Assembly: GCF_004010195.1 (NCBI RefSeq)
Contig: NC_057759.1
Span: 7,653,910 to 7,715,909 of the forward strand
DNA: 62,000 nucleotides
Direction: 5' to 3'
Source of the DNA: Chiloscyllium plagiosum
Lineage: Eukaryota
Shown: in pieces, positions 12,893 to 25,806 of the stretch
Numbering within the stretch: the first letter of the stretch is position 1
How the letters are laid out: each line of letters starts with the position of its first letter
Made by a program: the position numbers and the translations under genes
Notes under the pieces: model-generated
What the model was told of the DNA's origin: nothing
Database searches by the model: none
The model's input: the letters and a program-made list of their open reading frames with translations, nothing else

Positions 12893-15511
12893 GTAAGAAT
12901 ACAGCACACAAAGGAAATTCGATACCTCTTTAATTCCCACCACACTGATGTTTATCTGATCAAAACTGAAAGTGTATTTTGCAGTAGAAAGGCAGAACAG
13001 GGGAGTACATTGGCTAGACAGTAACACGCGGAGTGAAAGAGATGCATAGAGAAATATAAGAAGAAACATAAGAGACACACACGTAGACACAAACACAAAG
13101 GAAGCGAGATAGAGAGAAACGTTGATTAAAAAGCAAGATACATGGTGAGACGGAATGAGAGCAGACGGCAAGTAAATGAATAGCTTAATAAGTGGCAGAC
13201 GAAAATAAAAAATCAGTTTGCCCAATGAAAATGTACAATTGGACACAACAAGTAGGTACTCGCAAATGTGATTCATTGACATTTGATGTTCGTTATGAAA
13301 GTGTAAGTACCCTTAATTTCAGATCTGTAGTTCAAGTGATGCGTAGAGCCTGATAGATGACAGAAATAATACCGACGATGCATTGCTGAGAGATTAAATT
13401 TTGGCGAGATCAAAGTTGAATTAAAGTAGATCTCAAGCCAATGTAAACAACAAGACAGTCGAATGAGTCAATACATGTTTAATACAATTGCTTCAAATCA
13501 AACAATATTATGAAGGCCGACTTGGTTGTTTTTAAGCAGACCGTCTGTTTAGATGTAATGCAGTGTAAAAACAGCAAACACAAATCCTTTATCCTAATCA
13601 TCTAGATAGTCTTGAATATAAGCCCTCAACAAGTTAGTTAATGTCTGATGCCGCCTCTCTAGCGGTTTCTGCAATTCGGGATGGTCTACAGAATCTTTGG
13701 ATTGCTTTATTACTAAACTGACCACAAATTTCTTCAATAATTTTGCAGTGAAGTTTGACTCTTCATATGATTGTAACTCTGTTGCTAGTTCATACCTAGT
13801 GAAAAATTTGAGTAACTTGTCTACGATCGTATTAGATGTGATATTGCATAATGGAATGGCCTCTGGAAAACTAGTGTACACATCCATATTCTTAAATATC
13901 GCTGATCCCACTCTTTGTTTGAGGAAGGGGACTATGCAATCAAGTAAGACTCTTGTAAAAGCTTCCTCAAATGCAGAAATGTGTATTAAATTTGTGGGTT
14001 CATTACTGTCTGTGGTTTTCCAATTATGTTAAATGGTTAATATGTTTGGTTGAATTCAGCTCCATTTTTGTGCAATCCTGGTCAGTAAAAATATTTTGTA
14101 TTTTACTTCACGATTTTCTTATCCCAAAATAACCTTCTATTAGTAGTCCATGTGCTATAGGCAATACCGTCCTTCTGTAACCCACTGGCAATACGACTTG
14201 ATGAACTTCTTCCCATTTCGCCTCTGCCTGAATATGTGGTGGTCTCCATTTCGTCATTCAGACTTTTTTTAAGAATGTAGCACGCTGGGATGCATTTTGG
14301 TTCTATTTCCGTGTACGATCTTTGATACAATTGTTAGAGTTCCTCATCTCTCTGTTATTACTCAGTTAAGTTCTCGGAACTAAGTATGTCTGCTTTGTCA
14401 GCGCTCTGCTCCTCGTTTGTCTCCACCATTTGTCAAACAAGATCTCAGTTAATTGCACTTCAACGTTCTTATCTGTACACGTTGATCTCTTCTGTTTCAA
14501 CTGGTGACTTTGTGACTTCGTTACAACACAGTCAGAATAGAAATCCCAGGATATCTGCCTTGTAATCGTCCAGTTGCCTGAGTCCCCACTGGACTTTCAA
14601 ACACAATAGGCAACACTCCTGACTCTGAACCAGCTATATCGTCAGCAAGGACAAATTGTATTCGTGGAGCTGAGAGTTTCTCCAGGACTCCGACCACAAT
14701 TTTTCCACTCTTCACTGTATGGTCTACTGTCACTCCACATAATTGAGCGCTTACTGGCTCACCGTGAATTTCTGTTACTAACCCTTTCTCTGGCAATATT
14801 CATTCACAGGTACATATCTCCTCATCTTTCAACATCTAAGATTGAGAGGTTCCTGCAGTTCTTAATATTATAAAACCATTACCTGCTGTTCCTAGCCTAT
14901 GCGAATTAACTTTACATTCGCAGGTATATTGTTTAAGAAGGTAAGGCACTTGCTCATTAAACAACTTGCGAACAGGTTGCACATTCAGATGCAGCTTTTA
15001 GTCTCCACTCTGCTTTCCAGTACTACTCCAACAAAATTCACTGGCTTATCCTGTTTGCCTACATCTCTCTTCCCAATGAATGGTCTAACACGCTTTGATT
15101 TCAAATGGCATACTTTATTTCAGAGAAACCACCGGAGCTTTTTAACTCTCTTTCACGTTGAAGGGATTCATTTTAACCTTTGCTAAGTTATCCTTATTAT
15201 CTTACCGAGATTAACCTTTCCCTTACTACATGAGTATTTCTCTTCACCCTAGTTTCTATCTGTCATGGATTAAAACTGATGTTGGAAGCTAAACTTTGAA
15301 TAACAAACTAACTCATAATCACCAGTCATTCCAACTGCTATCCTTGTCATTGTAACTTTCTGCTCTACCACGTGGCTTCTCAATACTTCAGGAAATGAAT
15401 TTTTAAATTTCTTCAGAGTAGTCATCTAAGAGCGTTATACGTTTGCTCTATTGTTAATGCGTTCATCCACCTTTCGGAGCTGATTTGTGTGATAGTTTCA
15501 AACTCAAGGAA

Positions 15512-15641
15512 AATTCCTGAAGAAGAGCTTATGCCCGAAACGTCGATTCTCCTGCTCCTTGGATTGCTGCCTGACCTGCTGCGCTTTTCCAGCAACACAT
15601 TTTCAGCTCTGATCTCCAGCATCTGCAGTCCTCACTTTCTC
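15512..15641 (+). mobile_element. Penelope-like pLTR fragment (hammerhead-bearing) inserted in gypsy gag
   Basis: Same sequence as the other copies, ending CTCACTTTCTC. TSD CTCAAGGAA at 15503-15511 and 15642-15650. Confidence 0.8.
15517..15544 (+). ncRNA. Minimal hammerhead ribozyme core (one stem II mismatch)
   Basis: CTGAAGA-A-GAGC-TTAT-GCCC-GAAACGTC. Confidence 0.6.
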
Positions 15642-17402
15642 CTCAAGGAAGATTTGGCCAGGATCCGTCCATAGATTCCTGAAACGCTGTCTCTAGGCTT
15701 CTGGCACAGGCTTATGTGCACTTAAAATGGCTTTCTTCACCTCCTCAGATCCCTTCTCCAACAGTGATGTGAATACCTCACTATCTCTACATCCAACATT
15801 TGTTGGAGCAACAAAACCTTCATGGCCACTGGCACTGCAGTTGTTTCGCCACCTTTTTCTCCATCCTTCTCATGATATTTTAAGCAAGGCCATGATCCAT
15901 TTAAACAGATACCCACCAGGTATTTAGCTACTATGGGCTTTGTTATGGACTAGGCCAGACCACTCAAAATATTCTTAAACATGCAACTCTCGATCTAACT
16001 TTGCAATTTGTTTCGGTAAGTGTACAGTGAAAATTACCTGGAGCTAGTTTAACTGTTAGATTTTAAAACATAAAAACCATTTATTCAGAAAATTACACAA
16101 TAAAACATAAATAAACAGAACAACGAACGCCCACAGAACTCAGTCCATCCAGCTAGATTTAATTATGCTGTTCCAAATACACACAACAGTCACAATAAGC
16201 AAAGTCCCTTTAAAACCCAGTATAAATGGAATACATACTTCCAGGTTGAAGTTGAAGGGCAGAGAAGAGAGAGGGTTTTCACACAGCTCAGTGGGGCACG
16301 TCCTAGTTCAGGACTGAAATGAAAACAGCTCAACCCATCTCAGCTATAGAGCTGACCACTCCACTCTCATTATACAAGTAACTTCTAAAACATGAGCACC
16401 TTGGTCTGAAGTCTTATTTGTTTCCAGATGATAGAAGCCTCTCAAAATCCAACTATGTGCAAAATCAGACTGATTGGAATCCAGCCCTGTTTATTGTCCC
16501 TTTGAAAAAAAAATCAAGGACAGAATCTCTTTGAGACAAGGAACAGCTTTTAAAAAATAAAGAGACTAGTTTGGTGAAAACTCCCCTTAAAAAGAAAAGA
16601 ACCATCAATACCAAAAGATGCTTTCATTTTAACCCTTCAAAATTCCGATTAGTAGTTTTTAAACACACTTACACACTATACTAACTATAAACATGCACAA
16701 CCACATGCAAATTCAGGCCACAGCTCACCCATCACCCCACGCCTCTATATCTCATTCAAGTCTTCATAACGCATTGGCTATCACGTTTTTGCGACCTGCC
16801 ACTTGCACAATTGTCAAATTGAATGATTACAACAGCAAGCTCCATCTAAACAGTCTGACATTTATGCCATTACTTTTTCGGCACAAATGTCAATAGGTTG
16901 TGATCAGTGTATATGATTGCTTCGTATACCTTGCTGGTATTAAAACCATTGAAATGTTGTAATGCCAACACCATACCTAAAGTTGAATATTTTTGTTTAT
17001 CAACGTTTAAGTTCTTGTAAAAAATACCCAATGGATCTTTCTATCCCCTCGTCAGCCTCCTGCAGGAGCACCACGCCGACAACCACATCACTAACACGGA
17101 TAGTCACCTTGAAAGATTTTGTGTAATTCACTGTGGCTAATACAGGGTCAGGAAGGTGACATAGCCTTTGGTAAATTTACATTTACATTTGAATTTAACA
17201 GCCAACCTGCGTTCTGAAGTTGATCGAACAAGTCTTACTAATGCTGAAAATATTCCTCTATCAGTGACGAAAAGTTCCCAGCTCATCAATGTACATCACA
17301 CAGTTGGGTATTCCGGCAATGACCTTATTTGTCAGTCTCTGAAATATGGCTGGGGCGTTTTTCATACCAAATGGAATGATTTTGAACTGATGTAGTACAT
17401 TC

Positions 17403-17723
17403 GTGGGCGGCACGGTGGCACAGTGGTTAGCACTGCTGCCTCACAGCTCCAGAGACCCAGGTTCAATTCCCGCCTCAGGCGAATCTCTGTGTGGAGTTTG
17501 CACATTCTCCCCGTGTCTGCGTGGGTTTCCTCCGGGTGCTCCGGTTTCCTCCCACACGCCAAAAATGTGCAGGTTAGGTGAATTGGCCACGCTAAATTGC
17601 CTGTAGTGTTAGGTGCAGGGGTAAATGTAGGGGAATGGGTCTGGGTGGATGCGATTCGGCGGGTCGGTGTGGACTTGTTGGGCCGAAGGGCCTGTTTCCA
17701 CACTGTAAGTAATCTAATCTAAT
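17403..17723 (+). mobile_element. HE1-like SINE, full length, inserted in gypsy RT
   Basis: A box TGGCACAGTGG, B box GGTTCAATTCC, (TAATC)n tail. Confidence 0.9.
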
Positions 17724-19186
17724 TTGGCATTACGAAATCCGAAACTGATTTTGTTGTCTGTGTCAGTAACCTCTCAGCAAGTCCAAATTATAAATGTAAG
17801 TTAATTGTCCGACGTGTCGACACAGTCCTCCAACCGTGGAATTGTATATGCATCCATCTTTGTAATGGTTTTGACATTGCGATAGTCCACACGTTGCTAT
17901 TGGGTAGCATCTGGCTTCAGAACCTTGTCTATGGATGAGCTCCAGTCACTGTAACTCACTTTGATTCTACCATCTTGGAGCATGCGCTCTATCTCCTTCT
18001 GAACGCGTGCCAACCTTTGAGGGATATCCCGAGAAGATTGTTGCTGAATAGGAACAGTGTCTCCGATATCTACATCATGCAGCATTAGGTTAGTATTTCC
18101 CAGTTTAGTTCCGCAAATCTCCCCATGTGATAGTAATAACTTTTTCAGGTCATTTTGAATTTTTTGTGGAAGGTAACTCAATAATTTATCCCATTTTTTA
18201 ACAACTTCCTCGTTGTCCAATTTGATATAAAGAATGTCCAATACAGAAACCTTTGAAAGTGGTCCTTCCTTCTCTGCTGTAATCATTAATACCTTCTCAT
18301 CTTGCTTTCCTTCCCTATCAAATACCTTTTGATCATATTCAAATGACACACTCTGTGAGAATACTTCCTGCCTGGAGTCCTTACCAAGTTGTTCACCTCA
18401 TACAATTTCTTCTGAATTTGATAAGGTCCAGTAAACTTTGCTTTTAAAGGCTCACCTGTTATTTATCCTCAATTGCAAAATTGCAATTTGTGATTTCGTA
18501 TCCGCTTCTTGTTTCATTATATCCAGTGATACTTGTAAATGTTGTCCAGCCAACACTCCAGCTCTATTTAATCATTCTCTAAAACTTGACACATAATGGG
18601 CGATCCCTGAATTCTGATTTAATAATTTCTCATTAATCAATGTGAACGGTCCTCATTCATCATGACCACAACTTAATTCAAATGGACAAAATTTGGTCGA
18701 TTCATTCGGTACATCAGTTATCGCACAAAATACAAATGGAACTCCCTTAGCCCTGTCATCTGGGAAAAACTGACCATGACGTTTAACATTGTCTTCAGTG
18801 TATGATGTCATCTGTCTAGCGCTCCCTGCAATTCTGGATGGTACACAGTAGATTGGAATTGCTTTCTTCCCAAATTATCTATAACTTTCTTGAATAGTTT
18901 GAATGTGAAGTTTGATCCTTGATCTGACTGGATTTCTTTTTGTAGTCCACATATAGTAAAAAAAAACATTTCTACAGTCCATTTAACTTTGATGGGATTG
19001 CCTCTGGAAATCTTGTCGACATATCCATTATTGTTAGTAAATACGTATTCACACTTTTTGTTTGAGGTAGGGAATCTACACAATCAATCAAAACTCTTGT
19101 GAAACGTTCCTCAAATGCTGGAATACATATTAAAGGCACAAGTTTTATTACAGCCTGGTTTTACGATTAGCTGATATATAGATTAG

Positions 19187-19319
19187 GTAAAAACAATGAC
19201 TGCAGATGCTGGAAACCAGATTCTGGATCAATGGTGCTGGAAGAGCACAGCAGTTCAGGCAGCATCCGAGGAGCTTCAGCAAAATCGACGTTTCGGGCAA
19301 AAGCCCTTCATCAGGATTC
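19187..19319 (-). mobile_element. Penelope-like pLTR fragment, second subfamily (hammerhead-bearing)
   Basis: Ends ...CAGCATCTGCAGTCATTGTTTTTAC on minus. 16-bp TSD CTGATAT(A/G)TAGATTAG at 19171-19186 and 19320-19335. Confidence 0.78.
19287..19314 (-). ncRNA. Minimal type I hammerhead ribozyme core
   Basis: Minus strand reads GGAATC-CTGATGA-A-GGGC-TTTT-GCCC-GAAACGTC-GATTTT. The flanks can form stem I (GGAAUC/GAUUUU, two G.U pairs). Confidence 0.72.
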
Positions 19320-19327
19320 CTGATATG

Positions 19328-19570
19328 TAGATTAGATTACTTACAGTGTGGAAACAGGCCCTTCGGCCCAACAAGTCTACACCGACCCGCCAAAGCGCAA
19401 CCCACCCAGACCCATTCCCCTACATTTACCTCTTCACCTAACAGTACGGGCAATTTAGCATGGCCAATTCACCTGACCTACGCATTTTTGGATTGTGGGA
19501 GGAAACCGGAGCAACCGGAGGAAACCCACGCAGACACGGGGAGAATGTGCAAACTCCACACAGAGAGTCG
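19328..19570 (-). mobile_element. HE1-like SINE (5' truncated)
   Basis: Reverse complement of the SINE body and tail. Confidence 0.85.
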
Positions 19571-22500
19571 CCATGACATGCCTTTCAAAATTCAACTCCA
19601 TCTTTGTGTAGTACAGGCCAGGAAAAACGTCTTTGTATTTTAGCCTGTGTTTTACTCACCCCTAAGTGACCTCAAAGTGTTAGCTCATGCGCCACTCGCA
19701 GCATCTCCTTTCTATACCCTACTAGCAAAACAATTTGACGAATCTCTGCCCGTTTTTCATCTGCTTGAATGTGTGATCGTCTCTATTTTCTCATTAAGAC
19801 ATAATTTGTGAAGTAATCGCACACAGGAATGCATTCACGTCGTTTCTTTGTAAATGCCTTTTGATATAACTGTTTTAATTCTTCTTTATGTCGGAATTCA
19901 ATCAGCTTAGCAGAGCTAAATATATTGACATCTTTATCTAATTGCTCCTTCTCTGTTCCACTTATGTGATCAAAGTGTGTTTCGGATGGCACGATGTCAA
20001 CTTCTATATTTGTGCCTTTTGATCTCTCCAGCTTCAAATTGTGTCTTATTGTGATCACACAATAAGGGAAAATTCCTTGATAAACGTTCTCCAGGTTTCA
20101 TTGCCTGCGTCACCACTGACTTTTCAACTAGAGTATGCAGCACGCTGCTGCTGAATCAGCTATATCATTTGCAAGGACAAACCGTACTACTGGAGCTGAG
20201 AGTTTGTTCACTATTCCCATTACAAATTCTCCAGTCTTCGCTGGAATTTCTAGCCTCACTTTATATAACTGAGTGCTTTTGTCTTACCATTAATTCCTGT
20301 TACCAGTACCTTTTTTGGCAATAGTCTTTCATGAATACATATATCCTCATCCTTCAGCATTACAGACTGAGAGAATCCTATTAGCCTTAATATTGTAACG
20401 TCCTTACTTATTACTCCTGGTCTGTGTGAATAAACTTTACCTTTGCATATATATTTTTGAACAGATCTGCCACTTACTTCTTAATCAACCTCTGATTATT
20501 TCATACACTCTGAGGCAGTTTTCTGACTTCCCTTGTGCTTTTTGTTACTAGTCCAACAAAACCTTCAGGCTTGTCTAGCTTTCTCATAGCCCAGCAACAC
20601 TGTGATTTCCTGTGGCCCACTTTATAAAGATGAAAACACTGGAGATTTTTCTTTACTTTGTCCCCCATAAGAGTTTCTTTTTTATCTTGTGGTAAGTTAT
20701 CCTGATGAACTTCACTCAGATCTACCTTACCCTGTCCACGTGTGGATTTCTCATTGCCCCAATTTCTATCTCTCATGGACTGAAACTGATTCTGGAAGCC
20801 AAACTGTGTTTTGTGGACCAGCTCATAATCATCAGCTACTTCAGCTGTTAACCATGCTGGTTTATCTCTCTGCTCTTCAACATGAGTTCGCACTACTTCC
20901 TCACTGGGCCTACCCGCAGTCATTACCTCCAGCCTTTTAAGCTGACTTTCCTTTTAATGTGTCACTTTTGGAAGTTCAAACACTCTATTTTTCCTTCTCT
21001 GCTCTCTTCTTCCCTCTCTTCTGCTTCTCTCTCTTTTCTCTCTCTTTTGATGCTCTCTCTGTTTCCCTCTCTTCTGCTTCTAATTGTAACTCAAACTGTT
21101 TCATTTCTGCTTCACTTTCTTTATCTCTCGCCTCTAACTGGAGCTGCTTCATTTTCAATTGAATTCTCGCCATACCTAGAGATTCTGATGATTGTTCCAG
21201 TAAGCTTAAATGTTGAACCACTGCTGTAATTATTTCTCCTTTCTTCACAGAAGCAGGCAGCTCCAATTCAAGCATCTCTTGCAACTAGGTCTTATTCACT
21301 TCTTGCAAATTTCCAACGTCACCGCATCCACATCAAGAAAACGTTTGGCGACTGAAAGAGCCATTATTATCCCAAGCTTTGTCTACCCAACCAAATCAAC
21401 ACTCGAAGTAAAGACACTATCACCTTCCACTCGCTATTTAAATCCCACAAAGACATCCCAATCTGTACTGGACTCGGCCAGAAGAACAAAAACATTCTTA
21501 AGCAGGCAGCCCTAGACCTAACTTTGCAAATTGTTTTGTGAAGTGTACAGTTAAAATTACACGGAGTAAGATCGTCAGGCTGACTACCAGGTTTTAATAC
21601 AGACAAAAGAATAATTCGTACAATTACACAGTGAATCACAAAGAACAGAATAAAGAACTCCTACAGAACTCAACCTATCGAGCTTCACTTAATTACGTTG
21701 TTCTAAAAATATGCAACGGTCCCAATAAGCAAAACCCAATAAAACCCAGTATAAATGGAACACATGATTACAGGTTGAAGTTCAAGGGCAGAAAAGACAG
21801 AGAGTTTCCACACAGTTCCCTGGTGAACTTCCCAGTTCCGGACTGAACTGAAAACAGCTCAGCTCAGCTCTGATAAAGAGCTGACCACTCCACTTTCATT
21901 ACACTGGTTACTTCTAAAATATGACCACTTTGGCCTGAAGAATCATCTGCTGACATATAAACAAAATACCCCTCAAAATCATTTTCATTTCTGTAACAAA
22001 CCAGACAGATCAGAGTCCAGCCAGGTTTCTTGCAATTCTGAAAAGAAATCAAAGACAGCGTCTCCTTGAGCCAAGGAATAGGGTTTAGAAAAAAAGGGAC
22101 TAGCTTTGTGACAGTTTGCTCATCATTATTCTCTTCCTCACTAAGTTTACCTTCAACTCTCATCTCCAACCTTTTTTAGCTAACTTTACTGCCAAGGTGC
22201 CTTTTCTGCCGAGGTCCTTTACTGCCTAGGTCCTTTTCTCTCTATTCTTCCTCCCCTTCCATCTCTTCTATCTCTGTCACGGTAACTTCGATTCTGTCAT
22301 CTTGGAGCATGCGCTCCATCTCCTTCTGAACGTGTGCCAACTTTAGAGGGTTATCCCGATCAGAATGTTGCTTAATCGGAAGAACATCTCCTATGTCTAC
22401 ATCATGCACGATGAAGTTAGTACTTCCCGGTTTATTTTCGCAAATCTCCCTATAGTAATAACTCTTTCAGGTCATTTTGAATTTCTTGCGGAAAATAATT

Positions 22501-24589
22501 CAATAATTTATCCCAATTTTTGACAACTTCCATGTTGTCCAATTTGATTTAAGGAATGTCCAATTCAGAATCCTCTGAACTTGGTCCTTCCTTCTGTGTG
22601 TAATCACTAATACCTTCTCCTCTTGCTTTCCTTCCCTATCAAATATCTCTCTTTCTCTCTTTCTGCTGGGGCCTTTCTTTCTTTTTTTCTCTTCCTTCTG
22701 ATTATAACCGTAATGCAAATAATTTCATTTATTTTGTCTTTTCCTTTTGCCTCCCACTCAAGCTGGTTCATTCCCAAATTAATTTTAGCCATCTCTCAAG
22801 ATTCAGACCGTGTTTCCAGCAAATTTAAATGATTACACTTTTGTTGTAAATATCTCTGCTATCCTCAAGGAAGGAAGCAGCTCCAACTCCACCTTGACTG
22901 CAAATTCCAGCAGTTATTACTTGCTCATCTTTTGTAAAGCCGCCAAGAGCAATTCTTCCAACGTAGAAACATCTTAGTGAATGAAAGAGCCATTGCTCTC
23001 TTCAGCATGGTCCATATCAACCGAATTCAACACCGGAAAAAAAGACGCTCACTCCCTTTGCGTCCAAAAACCCTAATCCCACTTGGAATTATAGAACAAT
23101 TCCGCAAAGACCACCAAGTCTGTTAGGGACCAGGCCGGAACCCTTCGAAATTTATAAGAAGATATCCCAGACTTTAAATATTATGATTATTTTGAGCAGG
23201 TGAAACGTCTATGTGCCAGGAGTGATGCAACTGGCCCAACCAGTTGATTTTGAACAAAATAGAATCTATTTATGTACGCACAAAACAGCATGGAACATAG
23301 AATGACATAACATATCTGAAAACACAATCAACAATGTCACAACTTCATGACGTTTTCCAAACACTTGCAACACTTCCATAAACACCCCTTTGACTAAACA
23401 AAGCGAAAATGAAACATGTTCATAGAAGAGAAGTGACAGAGAGAGAGACAGAGAGAGAGAGATGCCCAGAATCGAAATTACGGTCCAGCAGCTTCTCTCG
23501 GGTCCCACCTAAAACTTGCCCAGCAGTTTCAAAGCAGCCCACTTGGTTTGCTAAAACCAAAACAAACCAGAATAAAGCTGACCTGAGAGAACAGGCTACT
23601 CCAGTTTCATTGTACAAGTAGTTTTGTTAAAACTTGAAAGCTTTTTTTTGCCGGAGACAGTATCTGTTTGTTTAATCAAAATATGGCTGTAAAACACACA
23701 CAAACTAAATTTAACGAAACCTCTGCATTTATGACGCCTTTTAAAGAAAACAAAACAAGGACAGAATTATCTTGTCATTCTATCTCTTATCAAGGGCAGC
23801 TGCAACGGAAAGAAGACACTGTTACAGTCCTGTATGAAACTGCAGACGCAGAAAATCATAGTTGAGAGATGAGCGGTCACAAGAAAGCATGGAAAGTTCT
23901 GTTTCCCACATACCAAAAGAAGCCCTTTAAGACCATAGCAACAAGATTACTAATTGAATGATGGACTGGGATTGCAATCATAATTGAATAACTCAGCACT
24001 AATTCAACAATAGTAGGGCTGGGTGGGGGGAGGAGGAGGGGGCAGTATATTTGTCACCAGATTAATATTACACGAAATACACGTATAACAGACAGTTATT
24101 TTGAAGTTGAAATTAGAGTATTATTGACATTTCTTCCGATCTGAGCTGAACATTAAGACAGCAGTTGAACATTCACATTGAGGGAAGATTTGAGGGAAGT
24201 CTTTGGCATTGCCTTGTATTCGATCGATGGAAAACATGCATAAAATTACCATATGCCTCAAGCTCGATAATCTCCGAAAAGACCATTATCTCCATAAAGA
24301 TTGGCTCCAAAACGTTGTTGCAAGTAACAACCAGAATAAGACCCCTCAGTAACCATGTTAATCCCCACAACTCCACTCAGCTATTAACCGCTCACTGGTG
24401 AAATTCTGCAGATCTCAAACAGCAATTTCTGTCTCTGGATATCCAGGATTCGATTGTTGTGCAGTGCTGTTCTCTGGAGTTCTTAAACACTTTTCTGATC
24501 CTCAAGGCTGTGGGTTTGCACCATGGGCGATCCTTCAGAAGTTTCCATCAGAAATATTGACTAATGCTGTGAATCTAACAAGCCTGCAG

Positions 24590-25500
24590 GTTGCGATATT
24601 ATCAGAAGTTACATTTGTCATTTGTTTTCAAGACAAAGCTATCCTGCGAACATCACTTGTCAGAGAAGAGAGAGTCATGTTGGAAGGGTACTATTATGAC
24701 TGAGGATCTGTTGCCAGTGACATCCTTTAGGAATCAGTGCTGTCACCGCTGTTGTTTATAATATGTAATTTTTTTGGATCCGAGTGCAGGTAGTGTCCTT
24801 AATAGGTTTTGAGGTCGCAGAAAGACTGGGGGACCTGCGGCGCGTTAGGACAACTGCCAGAGGATAGATTAGATCAAGGCTGGAGTTGTAGGAGGAGAAA
24901 TGGGTGATGCAATTTCATCCAAACAAATGTGATGTGGTGCATTTTCAAGATGTCTTGCAGGGGTGAGTATGACGTAAATGGCAGAATCTTTTGAAGCGTT
25001 AATGTACAGAATGGTCAGGAATTACAGAAACACAATTCCCTGAATACAAGTGAATAAGGTGTTTAAGGATACATGTGGCATTTTTGCCTTCATCGGTCAG
25101 GACATTTTTAAAAAGTTAGAAACGGCACGACATTTTCCAGATGCATAGTATTTTAGTTAGCTTAATTTTGGAATATTTTGTGCAGTTATGGCCGCCACAC
25201 TACCTGAAGGAGGTCATGGCTTTCGACAGTGCACAGAAAATGTTTACCAAAGTGTTGCTGGTAGGAGAAATGAACAAACTTACATTGTTTTCACTTGAAC
25301 GTCGGAGGTTCGGGGCGCAATGTCGAAGTTTACAAAATTATTCAGGAGTAAAGGTGGACAGAATGGATAGTTATGTCATTGTTTTATTTGCTTATGGTAG
25401 AATTTATTAGGGAACATGGACATGGTTTTAAAGGGGGCAAGTTTCGATGAGATCAAAGATGCAAGTTGTTTTTAAACAAACTGTTGACATTCTCTGAAGC
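24590..25500 (+). mobile_element. Decayed CR1 LINE 3' fragment
   Basis: Translates LVSLILEYFVQLWPPHYLKE...QKMFTK, the CR1 RT C-terminal motif. Confidence 0.7.
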
Positions 25501-25665
25501 TCTGCCAGTCGTGCAGACTCACAATTTCCAGACAATAATTAACTTGCATAACCTCCCAAATTCTAACACGTACTGAAATCCACACACACACTTCCAAATC
25601 TTCGTACGTTCTCACAATTCACTCATGCTTTGACAGAAACACTCGCACTCTCACACATTCACACA

Positions 25666-25695
25666 TTCTCTCTCTCTCACACACACACACACACT
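25666..25695 (+). repeat. (TC)n(AC)n compound microsatellite
   Basis: Directly visible in the sequence. Confidence 0.85.
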
Positions 25696-25806
25696 CAAAT
25701 ACATCATTCACGCACACACCCTCACAAACACTGAGGCTCACTTTCTCAAATGCAGAAACTCATCCATATTTGATTATTTTTCATAATGCACACATCGAAA
25801 TGCTCT

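Larger units (their letters stand above)
15941..22113 (-). mobile_element. Full-structure but decayed Gmr1-like gypsy LTR retrotransposon (LTR-gag-PR-INT-RT-RH-PPT-LTR)
   Basis: Related LTRs at ~15941-16580 and ~21464-22113. Polypurine tract on minus (TTTAAGGGGAG) abuts the 3' LTR. Gag coiled coil and zinc-knuckle remnant at 20501-21284. INT (SDQGSNF...YHPELQGALDR) at 18808-19083. RT N-terminus at 17897-18349, PFGMKNAP near 17355-17380. RNase H at ~16760-17160. Confidence 0.85.
13560..23777 (-). mobile_element. Host Gmr1-like gypsy element (5' LTR ~23121-23777, gag, PR, integrase; 3' truncated), interrupted by a nested element
   Basis: LTR-like TG...CA block at 23121-23777. Gag start near 22990. 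Gag continues across the 15941-22113 insertion. Integrase MDVYTSFPEAIPLCNITS...YEESNF...DHPELQKPLERRHQTL at 13594-13911. Confidence 0.7.

Noticed and set aside
12830..13282. 150-aa hydrophobic ORF on minus
   Set aside because: It arises from low-complexity AG-rich sequence antisense to the GPCR 3' flank, starts at a non-specific site and has no recognisable motifs.
17403..17480. tRNA genes at A/B-box sequences
   Set aside because: Each is the head of a multi-copy SINE with body and tail, and no complete cloverleaf is evident.
17362..17703. Recurrent ORFs such as MWKQALRPNK..., ...VWSLHILPVSAWVS... and MCCWKSAAGQAASKEQENRRF...
   Set aside because: They are incidental translations of SINE and pLTR repeats, not a gene family.
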